Assembly: GCA_038315915.1 (NCBI GenBank)
Contig: JBBQAC010000001.1
Coordinates: forward strand, 1-58,619
Direction: 5' to 3'
From: Phormidesmidales cyanobacterium
Lineage (GTDB): Bacteria; Cyanobacteriota; Cyanobacteriia; Phormidesmidales; Phormidesmidaceae
Length of the DNA stretch: 58,619 bases
Part shown: positions 22,410-31,171 of the stretch, piece after piece
Layout: each line of letters opens with the position of its first letter
How positions within the stretch are numbered: position 1 is the first letter of the stretch
Program-made: the position numbers and the translations under genes
The notes under the pieces: generated by a model
The model's input: only the letters and a program-made list of their open reading frames with translations
The model's database searches: none
Told to the model about the DNA's origin: nothing

Positions 22410-22638
22410 TTATCGATCGTAAAGTTCGTCTCGATGGGTAGGTACTAGATCGGTGATAGCTAAAGGGTGGTCTAGCGTTTGCTGAATGAAGTCTGCGCTA
22501 TCGTCAGCAGGTGTAGCCTTGCTGTGACTCACCAAGATGACCTTTATGCTTGCTTGTTTTTCCAAAAGCACTCTTATACTCGTCGGGAATGGCGATTTTG
22601 CCATCTTCTACTTTTGCTTCAAATTCTGCTGTAAACAC
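22410..22638 (-). pseudogene. Frameshifted small antitoxin-like gene
   Basis: MFTAEFEAKVEDGKIAIPDEYKSAFGK (GTG 22638) continues after a 1-nt shift in the short A-run near 22557-22561 as QASIKVILV...DFIQQTLDHPL...RDELYDR*. Confidence 0.45.
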
Positions 22639-22727
22639 GCTTGAGCCTCAATGCTTTCTGGGTGAGCGATCGCAACGTCTTTCTTCTAAGCGGTTAGTAC
22701 ATTTTACGATAGTTTCTTCAGGCTGTA

Positions 22728-23369
22728 TTAGGCCGCTTTAGCAGTTTCGGCATACTGCCAGTAAGCAATGCTGCCTTTGTCATCGGGAATGACCAGGCCG
22801 AACCATTCTAGGCGCTGGAGGTTTTCGGTAATGGCGTCCAGTTTATTTTTGGTGATGCGGCCTTTGAATTGGGCGGCGATTTGTTTGGCGCTCCATTCGC
22901 CGGGGGTGGTGCGCAGGAGGTCGCGGATGGCGGCGAGCTGTTCTTTAGGTTTGGTGGGCCATTTTTGCTGCTCTACGGGTTCGATGATGGGTGCTTCGGT
23001 GGGGGTGATGCCTGCGAGGGTAGGTTGGTCAATGGCTTCGGTGGGGGTCTGCCCTGGATTTTGATAGTCGGGGCGGAGCCAGCGAATGAGGCCGTTGCGT
23101 TCTTCTTCGGCGCGTTCGGCGTTGAGGGCAACGAGGTTTTCGAGGATTTGTTCGTCGGTGATGGTGTGGGGCCAGCCGTAGGCGTCGAGGACTGCGGCAT
23201 CTAGGTCGTCGTGGATTTGTTTGAGGGTGGAGACGAGGGCTTTGTTGTTGTAGTCGCGGTCGGCGTCGGTGAAGGGTTCGCCTGCGCGGAGTTTTTCGAG
23301 CAGGTTGTACATGCCGGTGATGGTGATGTCGGGGTGGGCGGCTTGGACTTGTTTGCGGTGAGTGTCGAG
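22728..23369 (-). pseudogene. C-terminal remnant of MmeI-like (Type IIG/IIL) restriction-modification enzyme
   Basis: LDTHRKQVQAAHPDITITGMYNLLEKLR...IHDDLDAAVLDAYGWP...LVALNAERAEEE..GLIRWLRPDYQNP resembles the C-terminus of these fused MTase/REases; no methyltransferase motifs, begins abruptly at a composition boundary. Confidence 0.8.
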
Positions 23370-23425
23370 ATACCTAAACAACTTACAGCTTCTTCGTTCG
23401 ATGGTTCAATAAATATGGAAGTCTC

Positions 23426-24034
23426 TCAACAAGTTGAATAGAGAACAAAGATGAAAGGTGGTATAACGATGACGAATAGAGAGTATAGCCAATAGTTCAC
23501 AAAAAAGGATCTTGCTTTTATCCAGAAACATCTCAGTGGACTTAATCGAAAATCCTTCCTATGTTGTATTTGAAATTCCAAATAGTCTTCAGGCTCGTGA
23601 TTCTCTGGGCATTCTTCGATTATCTCAGAGTACCGACGCTGTATATTATCCACCCCATCGCCTAAACTCTCAGGAGTGCGATTTATTGCTATTAAAACTT
23701 CTAACTCTGAATACAGAGATGAGATTTTAATGGCGTTCGTGTGCATTTTCTCTGACTTTCCTGCATAGTTATTGGCACCTTCTAATAGACTCAATACTAG
23801 GATAAATACGGACAGGGTAAGCGATATTACCGTATATAGATTGTTTGTCTTTGGGCAAGATGTAGTATCAAGAACAGCCTGAATGACGGGTATGGATATC
23901 CCGTAAACAGATAGCACGGATATACTGAATATAGATACTTGTTGCCTTCTCTTTAGCCTTCTGTATGCGTTAAATCTCGAACCTTTCGTTTTCCAAAGCC
24001 TGAATTTGAGAGAATTAACATAGTCGTCTAACAT
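23426..24034 (-). CDS. SLATT-domain (SLATT_5-like) transmembrane effector
   Basis: N-terminal LWKTKGSRFNAYRRL, two hydrophobic helices (SIFSISVLSVYGISIPVI; VISLTLSVFILVLSLL), ENHEPEDY, third C-terminal TM helix. Confidence 0.8.
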   Translation of the reverse strand: MLDDYVNSLKFRLWKTKGSRFNAYRRLKRRQQVSIFSISVLSVYGISIPVIQAVLDTTSCPKTNNLYTVISLTLSVFILVLSLLEGANNYAGKSEKMHTNAIKISSLYSELEVLIAINRTPESLGDGVDNIQRRYSEIIEECPENHEPEDYLEFQIQHRKDFRLSPLRCFWIKARSFFVNYWLYSLFVIVIPPFIFVLYSTC

Positions 24035-24059
24035 ACTAAAATTAAAACCATCCAGAATA

Positions 24060-24226
24060 GCAGGTCATCTGTAGAGTCATTAGCAATCGCTTCGAAGGCT
24101 AGTCCGAAGCTCCAATCACTTGGCAGTGGTTGGCCTCACTTAAGAGTTTAGTTACAGCCGCTTCTTAGAAGTTTTATCTCCAAGAAGGTCTTATTCAGCA
24201 TTAGCATGACAAAGAGATGACCTGCC
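24060..24226 (-). ncRNA. Putative RT-associated structured ncRNA
   Basis: Perfect 11-bp terminal inverted repeat (24060-24070 / 24215-24225) enclosing three hairpins (24089-24110, 24112-24133, 24161-24187); fills most of the 227-nt RT-SLATT gap. Confidence 0.7.
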
Positions 24227-24232
24227 GCACTT

Positions 24233-24241
24233 ATGGTAGCA
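24233..24241 (-). promoter_or_regulatory. Extended -10 promoter for the ncRNA/SLATT transcript
   Basis: TG-C-TACCAT on minus strand; predicted +1 at about 24226/24225, the first base of the terminal stem. Confidence 0.5.
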
Positions 24242-24261
24242 TATACTTTTTGGTTTATAGT

Positions 24262-25692
24262 TTACGCCAGAGGATATATATTCCTCTCATCATTCTCTAG
24301 CTCTGATATCTCTCTATACTGGCAGTTAGTAAATAATGCTTCTATTTGTTTGGGAGTGTACTCTTTCTTCTTCTCTATCTCTCCTTTGCTTATTAGATAG
24401 TCTCGTTTTTGCTGTACTGTTTTATACCTCTTATAGTCATGAATATAACCGCTGTCAGGGCTATGTTTCGACTCATAAAAAGCCCTCGATAGTTTCTTTA
24501 AATTGCCCGGAGAGCCATCAGGAAAGTCTTTTAATCTTTTGAAAAATCTATCGATGCATCTATCTATCCTGTGCAATACAGACAAATCGTTTATCTCACT
24601 ATAGTAAAAGATCCAACCATATCTTCTATCTTCACTGACTGCACCCGTTATTTTTAGATTAAGTTCTCTTACCAAAATTGACTGTCTTTCTTCCTTTGTG
24701 AGTAGCTTATCCTTGTCTATCGTATACCGCCTTCTCTTTGAGTAGGCAGTAAACTTAGAGGCTATACCCTCTATATACCTTTCAATACTGGACTCGCTTA
24801 CTGAAACTAATCCGTTTGGTTTAAAGTAATAGCCAAGATACTTAAACCCGTCACTACTATCTCCAGAGAATGTTTTTTCTTTATCATGAAGCGTAAGATT
24901 AAAGCGCCTGCTTTCTATTTCTTCCTTCATCTTCTCCTGAATGGTTTCACGTTCCAGGACATCGCAGACAATTAAAATATCATCAATGTATCTGAAATAG
25001 TGCCCTCCTTGCCTTTTCATTACTTCATCAAAATCAGATAGATATATGGAAGCGAGTATGTTGGATATAGCTAAACCCTGAGGTATTCCTTTCGCGTTCG
25101 ACTCATACTTCTTTAGGTCGGCTTTCCTGTAGCCCTTTGGCATGATAGGGGACTCGACTGCTTTCCTTATCAGAGCTAATATTTTTTTTGATTTTATTCT
25201 CCTACCTATTCTCTCGAAAAGTATGTGTCGGTCGATAGAATCATAAAAGCTCTTAATATCACCGTATATAATTGATATTTCAGTCCCTTCTTTAGAAGCC
25301 ATGCAACTGTTGACTTCTTGTATATAGTTCCTAGAAGTTTTCCTTCTGACATACTCTGGAAATATCTCAAATAATGTCTCTTTCAATTGGCATAGAACTA
25401 TCCTGTCACGCACTGTAGGTATGCTTATGACGCGAGGTTCTTTACCTCTACCTTTTAGCTTTAGGAATTCTAAATAGGGAGAAAATTTATATGTTCCCCT
25501 CAGACACTTCTTGCTAATTACTTTGATATTTTCATTTAAGTTTTTCTCGAAACCACTTGGATCAGCCCTGTCCACACCTTTTGTATTTTTCTGCCTTACT
25601 TTTCTGCAAAATCCCTCTTGCAAGCTTTGCTGGGAAAAATTCTTTCTAAAAATTTGAGAAGGAAAGCTTTTCAGGCTAGTAGGTCTTTGCAT
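24262..25692 (-). CDS. Defence-associated reverse transcriptase (UG/DRT type, DRT10/UG17-like)
   Basis: RVISIPTVRDR, GDIKSFYDSI, GIPQGLAISNILASIYL, catalytic YIDD, FKYLGY, C-terminal LNLKITG...YGWIFYYSEIND; no intron maturase/endonuclease domain. ATG 25692 (ORF extends to TTG 25716). RT call is firm, subfamily is tentative. Confidence 0.9.
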   Translation of the reverse strand: MQRPTSLKSFPSQIFRKNFSQQSLQEGFCRKVRQKNTKGVDRADPSGFEKNLNENIKVISKKCLRGTYKFSPYLEFLKLKGRGKEPRVISIPTVRDRIVLCQLKETLFEIFPEYVRRKTSRNYIQEVNSCMASKEGTEISIIYGDIKSFYDSIDRHILFERIGRRIKSKKILALIRKAVESPIMPKGYRKADLKKYESNAKGIPQGLAISNILASIYLSDFDEVMKRQGGHYFRYIDDILIVCDVLERETIQEKMKEEIESRRFNLTLHDKEKTFSGDSSDGFKYLGYYFKPNGLVSVSESSIERYIEGIASKFTAYSKRRRYTIDKDKLLTKEERQSILVRELNLKITGAVSEDRRYGWIFYYSEINDLSVLHRIDRCIDRFFKRLKDFPDGSPGNLKKLSRAFYESKHSPDSGYIHDYKRYKTVQQKRDYLISKGEIEKKKEYTPKQIEALFTNCQYREISELENDERNIYPLA

Positions 25693-25792
25693 TTTGTCTG
25701 TAGCTGATGTGTGCAACCGATGTTACCGATATTTTTGAGATTCATCAATTCATTTTTCTGTAATGCTTGCGCAATCAACCTAAATATACCTA

Positions 25793-26029
25793 TCAAGAGA
25801 TCAGCGAACTGCGTCGAAGGTAGGGTGCCATTTTCTCGCCGCTGTAGAACTTAATATCCTTATCAAAGCAGTAAGCGCCCACGACACTTCCCTTTGGCGG
25901 TGGCCCTTCTACACCGACCACCCCACACAAGTCGATAAAAAAGCCCTGATAGTTCGCCCGCTCGTTGCTCTCGGAGCCCAGCCGCTTACCCAAAAACTGT
26001 TCGACCCGCTGCTGATCTGCCCTATCCAT
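25793..26029 (-). pseudogene. N-terminal remnant of MmeI-like restriction-modification enzyme
   Basis: VEQFLGKRLGSESNERANYQGFFIDLCGVVGVEGPP...YCFDKDIKF resembles the MmeI-type N-terminus (ERANYQ.F...LC..LGV), then stops. Confidence 0.7.
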
Positions 26030-26178
26030 CCATGCCCTCGTGCGATCGCCTAGCCATCGGGTTACTCCCGTTAGCCCTCACTATTCCCATAGTAGCCACG
26101 TCTGTCAGTGACCCCGCCCCAAAAGTTTCTTTGGGAATCGCTACAGACTACTTACATAGCAGCTCACACTGGTCAGGG

Positions 26179-26409
26179 AAGCGATCGCACTTCTCCTGCA
26201 CCAGCGTGGGCTTTTTTGTGAAGCGATCGCACTTCTCCCAGCGCAACGCCCACTTCTCTCAAAATAGCCAACACTGTTTGCGCAGTAGCGCCCATTTCTC
26301 GCAAAGCTGCTCCCACTGCCTACAAAGCAACTCCCCATTCTCGCGGAGTAACAAATACTTCTCGCTTAACCGTAAATGTACGCCTAGCAACAGCGAACAG
26401 TTTTCATCA
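26179..26409. repeat. Degenerate 21-nt tandem repeat (about 11 units)
   Basis: AAGCGATCGCACTTCTCC at 26179 and 26221; CACTTCTC/CATTTCTC/CACTG recur at 21-nt spacing. Confidence 0.55.
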
Positions 26410-26852
26410 TCGGCAAAAATCTTGTAATTATGCTGAGACTGCCCTGTATTTTTTATTCGTCGCTACGGGCATAGATTATCTGCCGAATATCCTCGGGGTG
26501 CTCTAGCAAAATGTGGCGGAGCGATCGCCTCCCCCCACTCCCAACAGGCACCAGTTCAGGCAATGCTATTCTCCCTGTGTACGCAGTGTTAGAGGCGAGC
26601 GATCGGTGTTGATTGCCCCCAACGCCGGTAGCGGCTAAATTTTTCAAGGCGGTTATGCCATCGCGCAGAATCCCACAGTGGTTGCGACACCACAGTGGTT
26701 GCGGGTGTGCGATCGCATAAGCAATAGCGTATCAGCCCCTTTCCAAAGGCGTCAACTATCTAGCGCGAAGTCTCGATAAGGGCAAATGGAGCAGTTCAAT
26801 GATTATCTGCACAGTCGGTTAAAATTAGTACATCGGTTTTATTAGGCTATTT

Positions 26853-27083
26853 ATGGAACAGATTGCTAAGCTTCATATTCAAAAGCTACCTGAAGGCTTC
26901 TACTTGGCAACCTCAGACGATGTACCTGGATTAGTTGCACAGGGGCGTACTGTAGCCGAAACCATAGAGATTGCTCGCGACGTTACTAAAAAGCTGCTAG
27001 AAGCGCAAGCCGAACGGCAGAGTTCAATCAAGCTAGTCGATATTGAAGAAGCGTTTGAATATCCCTTGGTTATAGGCATCTAG
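26853..27083 (+). CDS. hicB: HicB-like antitoxin (DUF1902-type)
   Basis: YLATSDDVPGLVAQGRTVAETIEIARDV. Confidence 0.8.
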   Translation: MEQIAKLHIQKLPEGFYLATSDDVPGLVAQGRTVAETIEIARDVTKKLLEAQAERQSSIKLVDIEEAFEYPLVIGI

Positions 27084-27084
27084 T

Positions 27085-27309
27085 ATGGGTCGTTTGGCAG
27101 GGTTTAAATATAGAAAAATCGTCAAACGTCTCAAGCAGCTAGGATTTCAATTTGACCGTCAAGCTGCCGGTAGCCACGAGATCTGGCATAATCCCGCCAC
27201 CAAGCGATTTACAACAATACCAAATCATCCTGGTGATATGCCTGAAGGGACGCTCAGAGCAATCCTCAAACAGGCTTCTATCTCACCAGAAGAATTCTTA
27301 GATACTTGA
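27085..27309 (+). CDS. hicA: HicA family mRNA interferase toxin
   Basis: GFQFDRQAAGSHEIW...TTIPNHPGDMPEGTLRAILKQA. Confidence 0.9.
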   Translation: MGRLAGFKYRKIVKRLKQLGFQFDRQAAGSHEIWHNPATKRFTTIPNHPGDMPEGTLRAILKQASISPEEFLDT

Positions 27310-27347
27310 GATCATAGAGCGTCAACTATCCAACCGCTTTCTATCTT

Positions 27348-28136
27348 CTACACCGGTTTCTCAAAGAACATCAGATGCTGCTGCGGTAGGCGATCATCTG
27401 TTTTTACCCACGTTAATCCCGCAGCGGTGAGTTCTCTTTTTACCTGCTTTTGAGTCATTTTATGGTGCTTTTTAATCAGCACCAGCGGATTCTCTGCCCG
27501 GTACTCGGCGAGCACGACCTGACCACCCGGTTTGAGCGCGCTGACAATCCCCGCCATCATTTCTTGCGGATAGGCAAATTCGTGATACGCATCAAACATC
27601 ACCGCCATGTCGATGCTTTCCGGCGGCAGATTCGGATCGAGTTCGCTGCCTAGCACCGTCTCTACATTGCCTACACCGTATTCGTCTCGCTCGGCTGCAA
27701 GCAATGCCAGCATCTCCGGCTGAACATCGACCGCGATTACCTTGCCCTCATCTACCCAATGCGATAGCTGAAAGCTAATGTAGCCCATCCCTGCGCCGAT
27801 ATCTGCCACTACGTCATCGCGGTCAAGCATAAGCGCATCCACTGCCAGGTCGGATCGTTCTTCACTGGTGCGGCTAGGTCGTGCCAGCCAATTGGCCCCC
27901 TGGTAGCCCATTACGTTGGCAATTTCGCGGCCATAGTACATCTTGCCGATGCCGTCCGAACTAGGAGACTTGTAGCTATAGCTGCCATCTGACGGGGCAG
28001 CGGCATTGGCGGTGCAGCCAAGCGTCATCAACAGGAGTGCACAAATTGCGGTTTGCACTACCCAGCGTGGAAGGCAGCGGAGAGTAAAACAGGCCATAAA
28101 AATATTCGCGCAGATAAAAGCTTCGCAGGTTGTCAC
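27348..28136 (-). CDS. Class I SAM-dependent methyltransferase (probably exported)
   Basis: VADIGAGMGY, AVDVQPEM, DAYHEF, LKPGG; start uncertain (alternative ATG 28097). Confidence 0.85.
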   Translation of the reverse strand: MTTCEAFICANIFMACFTLRCLPRWVVQTAICALLLMTLGCTANAAAPSDGSYSYKSPSSDGIGKMYYGREIANVMGYQGANWLARPSRTSEERSDLAVDALMLDRDDVVADIGAGMGYISFQLSHWVDEGKVIAVDVQPEMLALLAAERDEYGVGNVETVLGSELDPNLPPESIDMAVMFDAYHEFAYPQEMMAGIVSALKPGGQVVLAEYRAENPLVLIKKHHKMTQKQVKRELTAAGLTWVKTDDRLPQQHLMFFEKPV

Positions 28137-28175
28137 GACTTTATTGTGCGATATTTCTGTCTGTTTGGCCGATGG

Positions 28176-29420
28176 CTACAGATCCAGCGGCTGATCAACA
28201 CCACAGTGCTTGCAATAGGGTAGGTGCTGATAGGTCAGATTGTGGCAGTTGTTGCAGTCATGATACTGCGCGTAGCTGCAATGAGGACAGTGGATGTCGT
28301 GTCTTCGGAGCCTTTTCGCACAGCGGATGCAGCGCATACTTTGCACCCGGCCCGCCGCCTGTAGCCTGGTATTAAAAACAACTCTTTGAAAGAACTTAAT
28401 CAGACCAAAGCCGATCACCGGAATCAACAAGATTTGAAGATAGTTGAGTAAAAACCGAAGCCCGCCAAACAGAAACTCAACCAGGTTTGCCAACAGTTGA
28501 AGCAAAAAGCCGACCTGGAAAAATTCAAAAATCTTCCAGATCAGCGGAATCGTGAAAATGACCAGCAGGTGCCAGCTAATCAGCGCCACATAGCCATAGT
28601 CACGGCGCTGCGCGAACCGATGCACGGCTGAAGCCAGCACAATCAGCGGGAGTAAAAATAATGCCTGGAAAAATAGCTGAATGCTGGGATACCAGAACGC
28701 AGCCCGACTGTAGTCCTGCTCGACGTTGGCAAAGGCGGTGTCGTTGTTGAGCAGGGTGAGAAAGTCCTGGCTTTCTGGGTTGTTGACTAGCTCTGTTTTA
28801 AGCCCGTCTAAAGTTTGTTGGCGCTGAGAAATCGCCCCTTCATTCCGCTCAATTTCCGCTCTGGCTTGGGCGGCTTCTACCGCGTTAATCGACTGGTCAC
28901 GCGGCTGACCGGCAATCTCTTCTAGCAGCGTCGAATCGTACTGCTGACGAATCTCACTGTTGCGCGCGGCAAAGGAATTGATTTCTGCTTGAGTGTTGTT
29001 GATTTTCAGGGCGATCGCGCTATTCGCTGGCGAGGAGACTGCATTCACTGCGCTCTGGTACTGCAAGCATATTTCAGAAACTTGGCCCAGGTGGCCGGTC
29101 GCAAAGTTTTGATAGTCCAGCTGATCAAACGCCTGCTCGGGCCGAATCGCCTGGTTGATAATGTCGTAGTCTTTGCTGTCAGCAGTATTTTGACGATAGC
29201 TCTGCCACTCACTCTGACAGGGATAAGCCTGCTGCGGACTAAGAGGCCAGCGGCTGATGTCATCTAGCCCTGAAAACACATTGAACAAAATAAACAAGTC
29301 AACCAGAATGATTACAATCAGGCTGACTTTGTTAATCGGCTCGTGGTTGATCTGGCGCGACCTGTTAAAGAAGCGGTTTATAGCGCGACGTAGCCGCGAA
29401 GGACGAAATCTTGAAAACAT
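28176..29420 (-). CDS. Hypothetical membrane protein with coiled coil and C-terminal double zinc ribbon
   Basis: N-terminal TM, Q/E-rich helix, several TMs, four CxxC motifs at the C-terminus. Confidence 0.75.
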   Translation of the reverse strand: MFSRFRPSRLRRAINRFFNRSRQINHEPINKVSLIVIILVDLFILFNVFSGLDDISRWPLSPQQAYPCQSEWQSYRQNTADSKDYDIINQAIRPEQAFDQLDYQNFATGHLGQVSEICLQYQSAVNAVSSPANSAIALKINNTQAEINSFAARNSEIRQQYDSTLLEEIAGQPRDQSINAVEAAQARAEIERNEGAISQRQQTLDGLKTELVNNPESQDFLTLLNNDTAFANVEQDYSRAAFWYPSIQLFFQALFLLPLIVLASAVHRFAQRRDYGYVALISWHLLVIFTIPLIWKIFEFFQVGFLLQLLANLVEFLFGGLRFLLNYLQILLIPVIGFGLIKFFQRVVFNTRLQAAGRVQSMRCIRCAKRLRRHDIHCPHCSYAQYHDCNNCHNLTYQHLPYCKHCGVDQPLDL

Positions 29421-29604
29421 AGGAACTTTACCAAAGCGATCAGCCCTGGCCCCGGCCATGACTATTCTCGTAAGGTATCAAGTCCTCATTTTCGGTCGCC
29501 CGGAGGCTATACCTCTCTGACAATTGGCTCTGATTAGAGAGTAGCGCTAACGCCTCTGCCCTATCTAGAGCCAACATTTTCGATTCAACCTGAGGTCAAA
29601 AAAA

Positions 29605-30912
29605 CTACTGGCTGCTGCTGCTGCTGCCGACGCCCTTGCGAGCAGCCGTTTCCAAATTGAACAATACTTGCAGGGTCTCCATCGCATTATCGCGGGCATC
29701 CATATCCCTTTGGGCGCGAAGCTGCGTCATCGGATCGTGCAAAATTTTGTTGACGATGCCGCGAGTGAGCGCTTCGACTACGCCGCGATGCTTTTCAGAA
29801 AATTCCGAGCCCAGGCGCGACATTGCTTTTTCTAGTTCCTGAGTGCGAATGGTTTCGACCTTGCTGCGCAGGCTGCTGATAGTCGGGACGGTATCGAGCG
29901 ATCGCAGCCAATCCATAAATTCATCGACTTCCTCATCTAGCAGCGCTTCTGCCTCCCGCGCCATCTGCCGGCGGCTCTCCTGATTTTGCGCCACAACCGC
30001 CTTCAGGTCATCCACATTAAAGGCAAATACCGCATCAATTTCGCTGATATTGCTGTGCACGTTGCGCGGTACGGCAATATCAAATACCAGCAGCGGATTG
30101 CCCTGGCAGACAGGCTCTAGATTCTGCCGGTGCAAAATTGGCTCGACCGAAGAAGTACAGGTGAAGACCACGTCAGCCGTGACGACCGTATCGAGCATGA
30201 TATCGAGCGTGCCGGTTTTGATCGCAACATCGCCAAACTGAGCGGCTAGCTCGTCAGCGCGGCCAATCGTCCGGTTGAGAATAGTGATTTGGGTGGCCCG
30301 CTTAGAAATCAAATGCTGCACCAGCAATCGGGCCATTTTACCTGCCCCTAAAATCGCAATGTGGCAATTGTCAAAATTTTCGACCTTCATCAGCGCCAGT
30401 TCAGCGGCAGCGGAGCTAATTGAAACCGCCCCCGTGCCCAGGTTAGTCTCTGTGCGGACTCGCTTACCGGCTTTAATCGAGTCTTTGAGCAGTCGGTTGA
30501 GAATGCGGCCAACGCCCTTGTGCTGCTGACCCAGGCTGAGAGCGTGCTTGACCTGAGAAAGAATCTGCCCTTCGCCCAGCACCAAGCTATCGAGCCCAGC
30601 CGAGACGCGCATCAGGTGCATCACCGCATCCTGCTGGAGCAGCACGAACAGGTGAGGACGCAAGTTGCCCAGGCCAATACCGCTGTGATCGCAGAGGAAG
30701 CGCATCACATCGCGCACACCCGTCTCAGTTTCGGTGGCGACGATATGGATTTCCAGGCGATTGCAGGTGCTGAGGATAGAAACTTCTTCAATGCAGGGCG
30801 AGCCGCTGAGATAGGCGATCGCATCGGCGACCTGAGCAGAAGGGATGCTCAGCTTTTCTCGAACTTCGACTGGCGCAGTCTGGTGACTGAGCCCGATGAC
30901 AGCAATGTTCAT
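29605..30912 (-). CDS. hemA: Glutamyl-tRNA reductase
   Basis: [37 protein letters not shown]. Confidence 0.97.
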   Translation of the reverse strand: MNIAVIGLSHQTAPVEVREKLSIPSAQVADAIAYLSGSPCIEEVSILSTCNRLEIHIVATETETGVRDVMRFLCDHSGIGLGNLRPHLFVLLQQDAVMHLMRVSAGLDSLVLGEGQILSQVKHALSLGQQHKGVGRILNRLLKDSIKAGKRVRTETNLGTGAVSISSAAAELALMKVENFDNCHIAILGAGKMARLLVQHLISKRATQITILNRTIGRADELAAQFGDVAIKTGTLDIMLDTVVTADVVFTCTSSVEPILHRQNLEPVCQGNPLLVFDIAVPRNVHSNISEIDAVFAFNVDDLKAVVAQNQESRRQMAREAEALLDEEVDEFMDWLRSLDTVPTISSLRSKVETIRTQELEKAMSRLGSEFSEKHRGVVEALTRGIVNKILHDPMTQLRAQRDMDARDNAMETLQVLFNLETAARKGVGSSSSSQ

Positions 30913-31077
30913 TTTTGCTTCCTAAGGAATCTGTTATGAAGAATCTTCTAAATAAGATGGGAGCCAGTGAGGCCCTCTCCTTAAAGTATTAAATAAACAA
31001 AGGCCATCTCAAGAAAACTCAACAAAACTCTATTTTAAGAGAGGGAAGAGGACAGTGGGGGACGGGAGTTATCCAAA

Positions 31078-31110
31078 ACCAAAAGGCGCAGGGCAATGCC
31101 CAACGCCTTC
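31078..31110 (-). terminator. Intrinsic terminator after glpX
   Basis: Minus strand AAGGCG-TT-GGGC ATT GCCC-TG-CGCCTT followed by T-rich tail. Confidence 0.5.
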
Positions 31111-31171
31111 TAGCCACTGTCTCTTAGACTCTTAGACTTCTCAGACCTCTCAGACTTCTCTGACGTGCAGC

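Noticed and set aside
24262-25716. RT as a group II intron protein, DGR RT or classical retron
   Set aside because: No maturase/HNH domain or large intron RNA; no template/variable repeat pair seen; no NAxxH motif, and the structured RNA lies downstream beside a SLATT gene. The retron option is not fully excluded without a phylogeny.
26179-26409. Possible CRISPR array
   Set aside because: Units are contiguous degenerate 21-mers with no constant repeat or unique spacers, and no cas genes are present.
31120-31165. Short imperfect repeats (CTCTTAGA/CTCAGAC) after glpX; similar 13-nt duplication near 18875-18900
   Set aside because: Ordinary short tandem repeats of cyanobacterial intergenic DNA.
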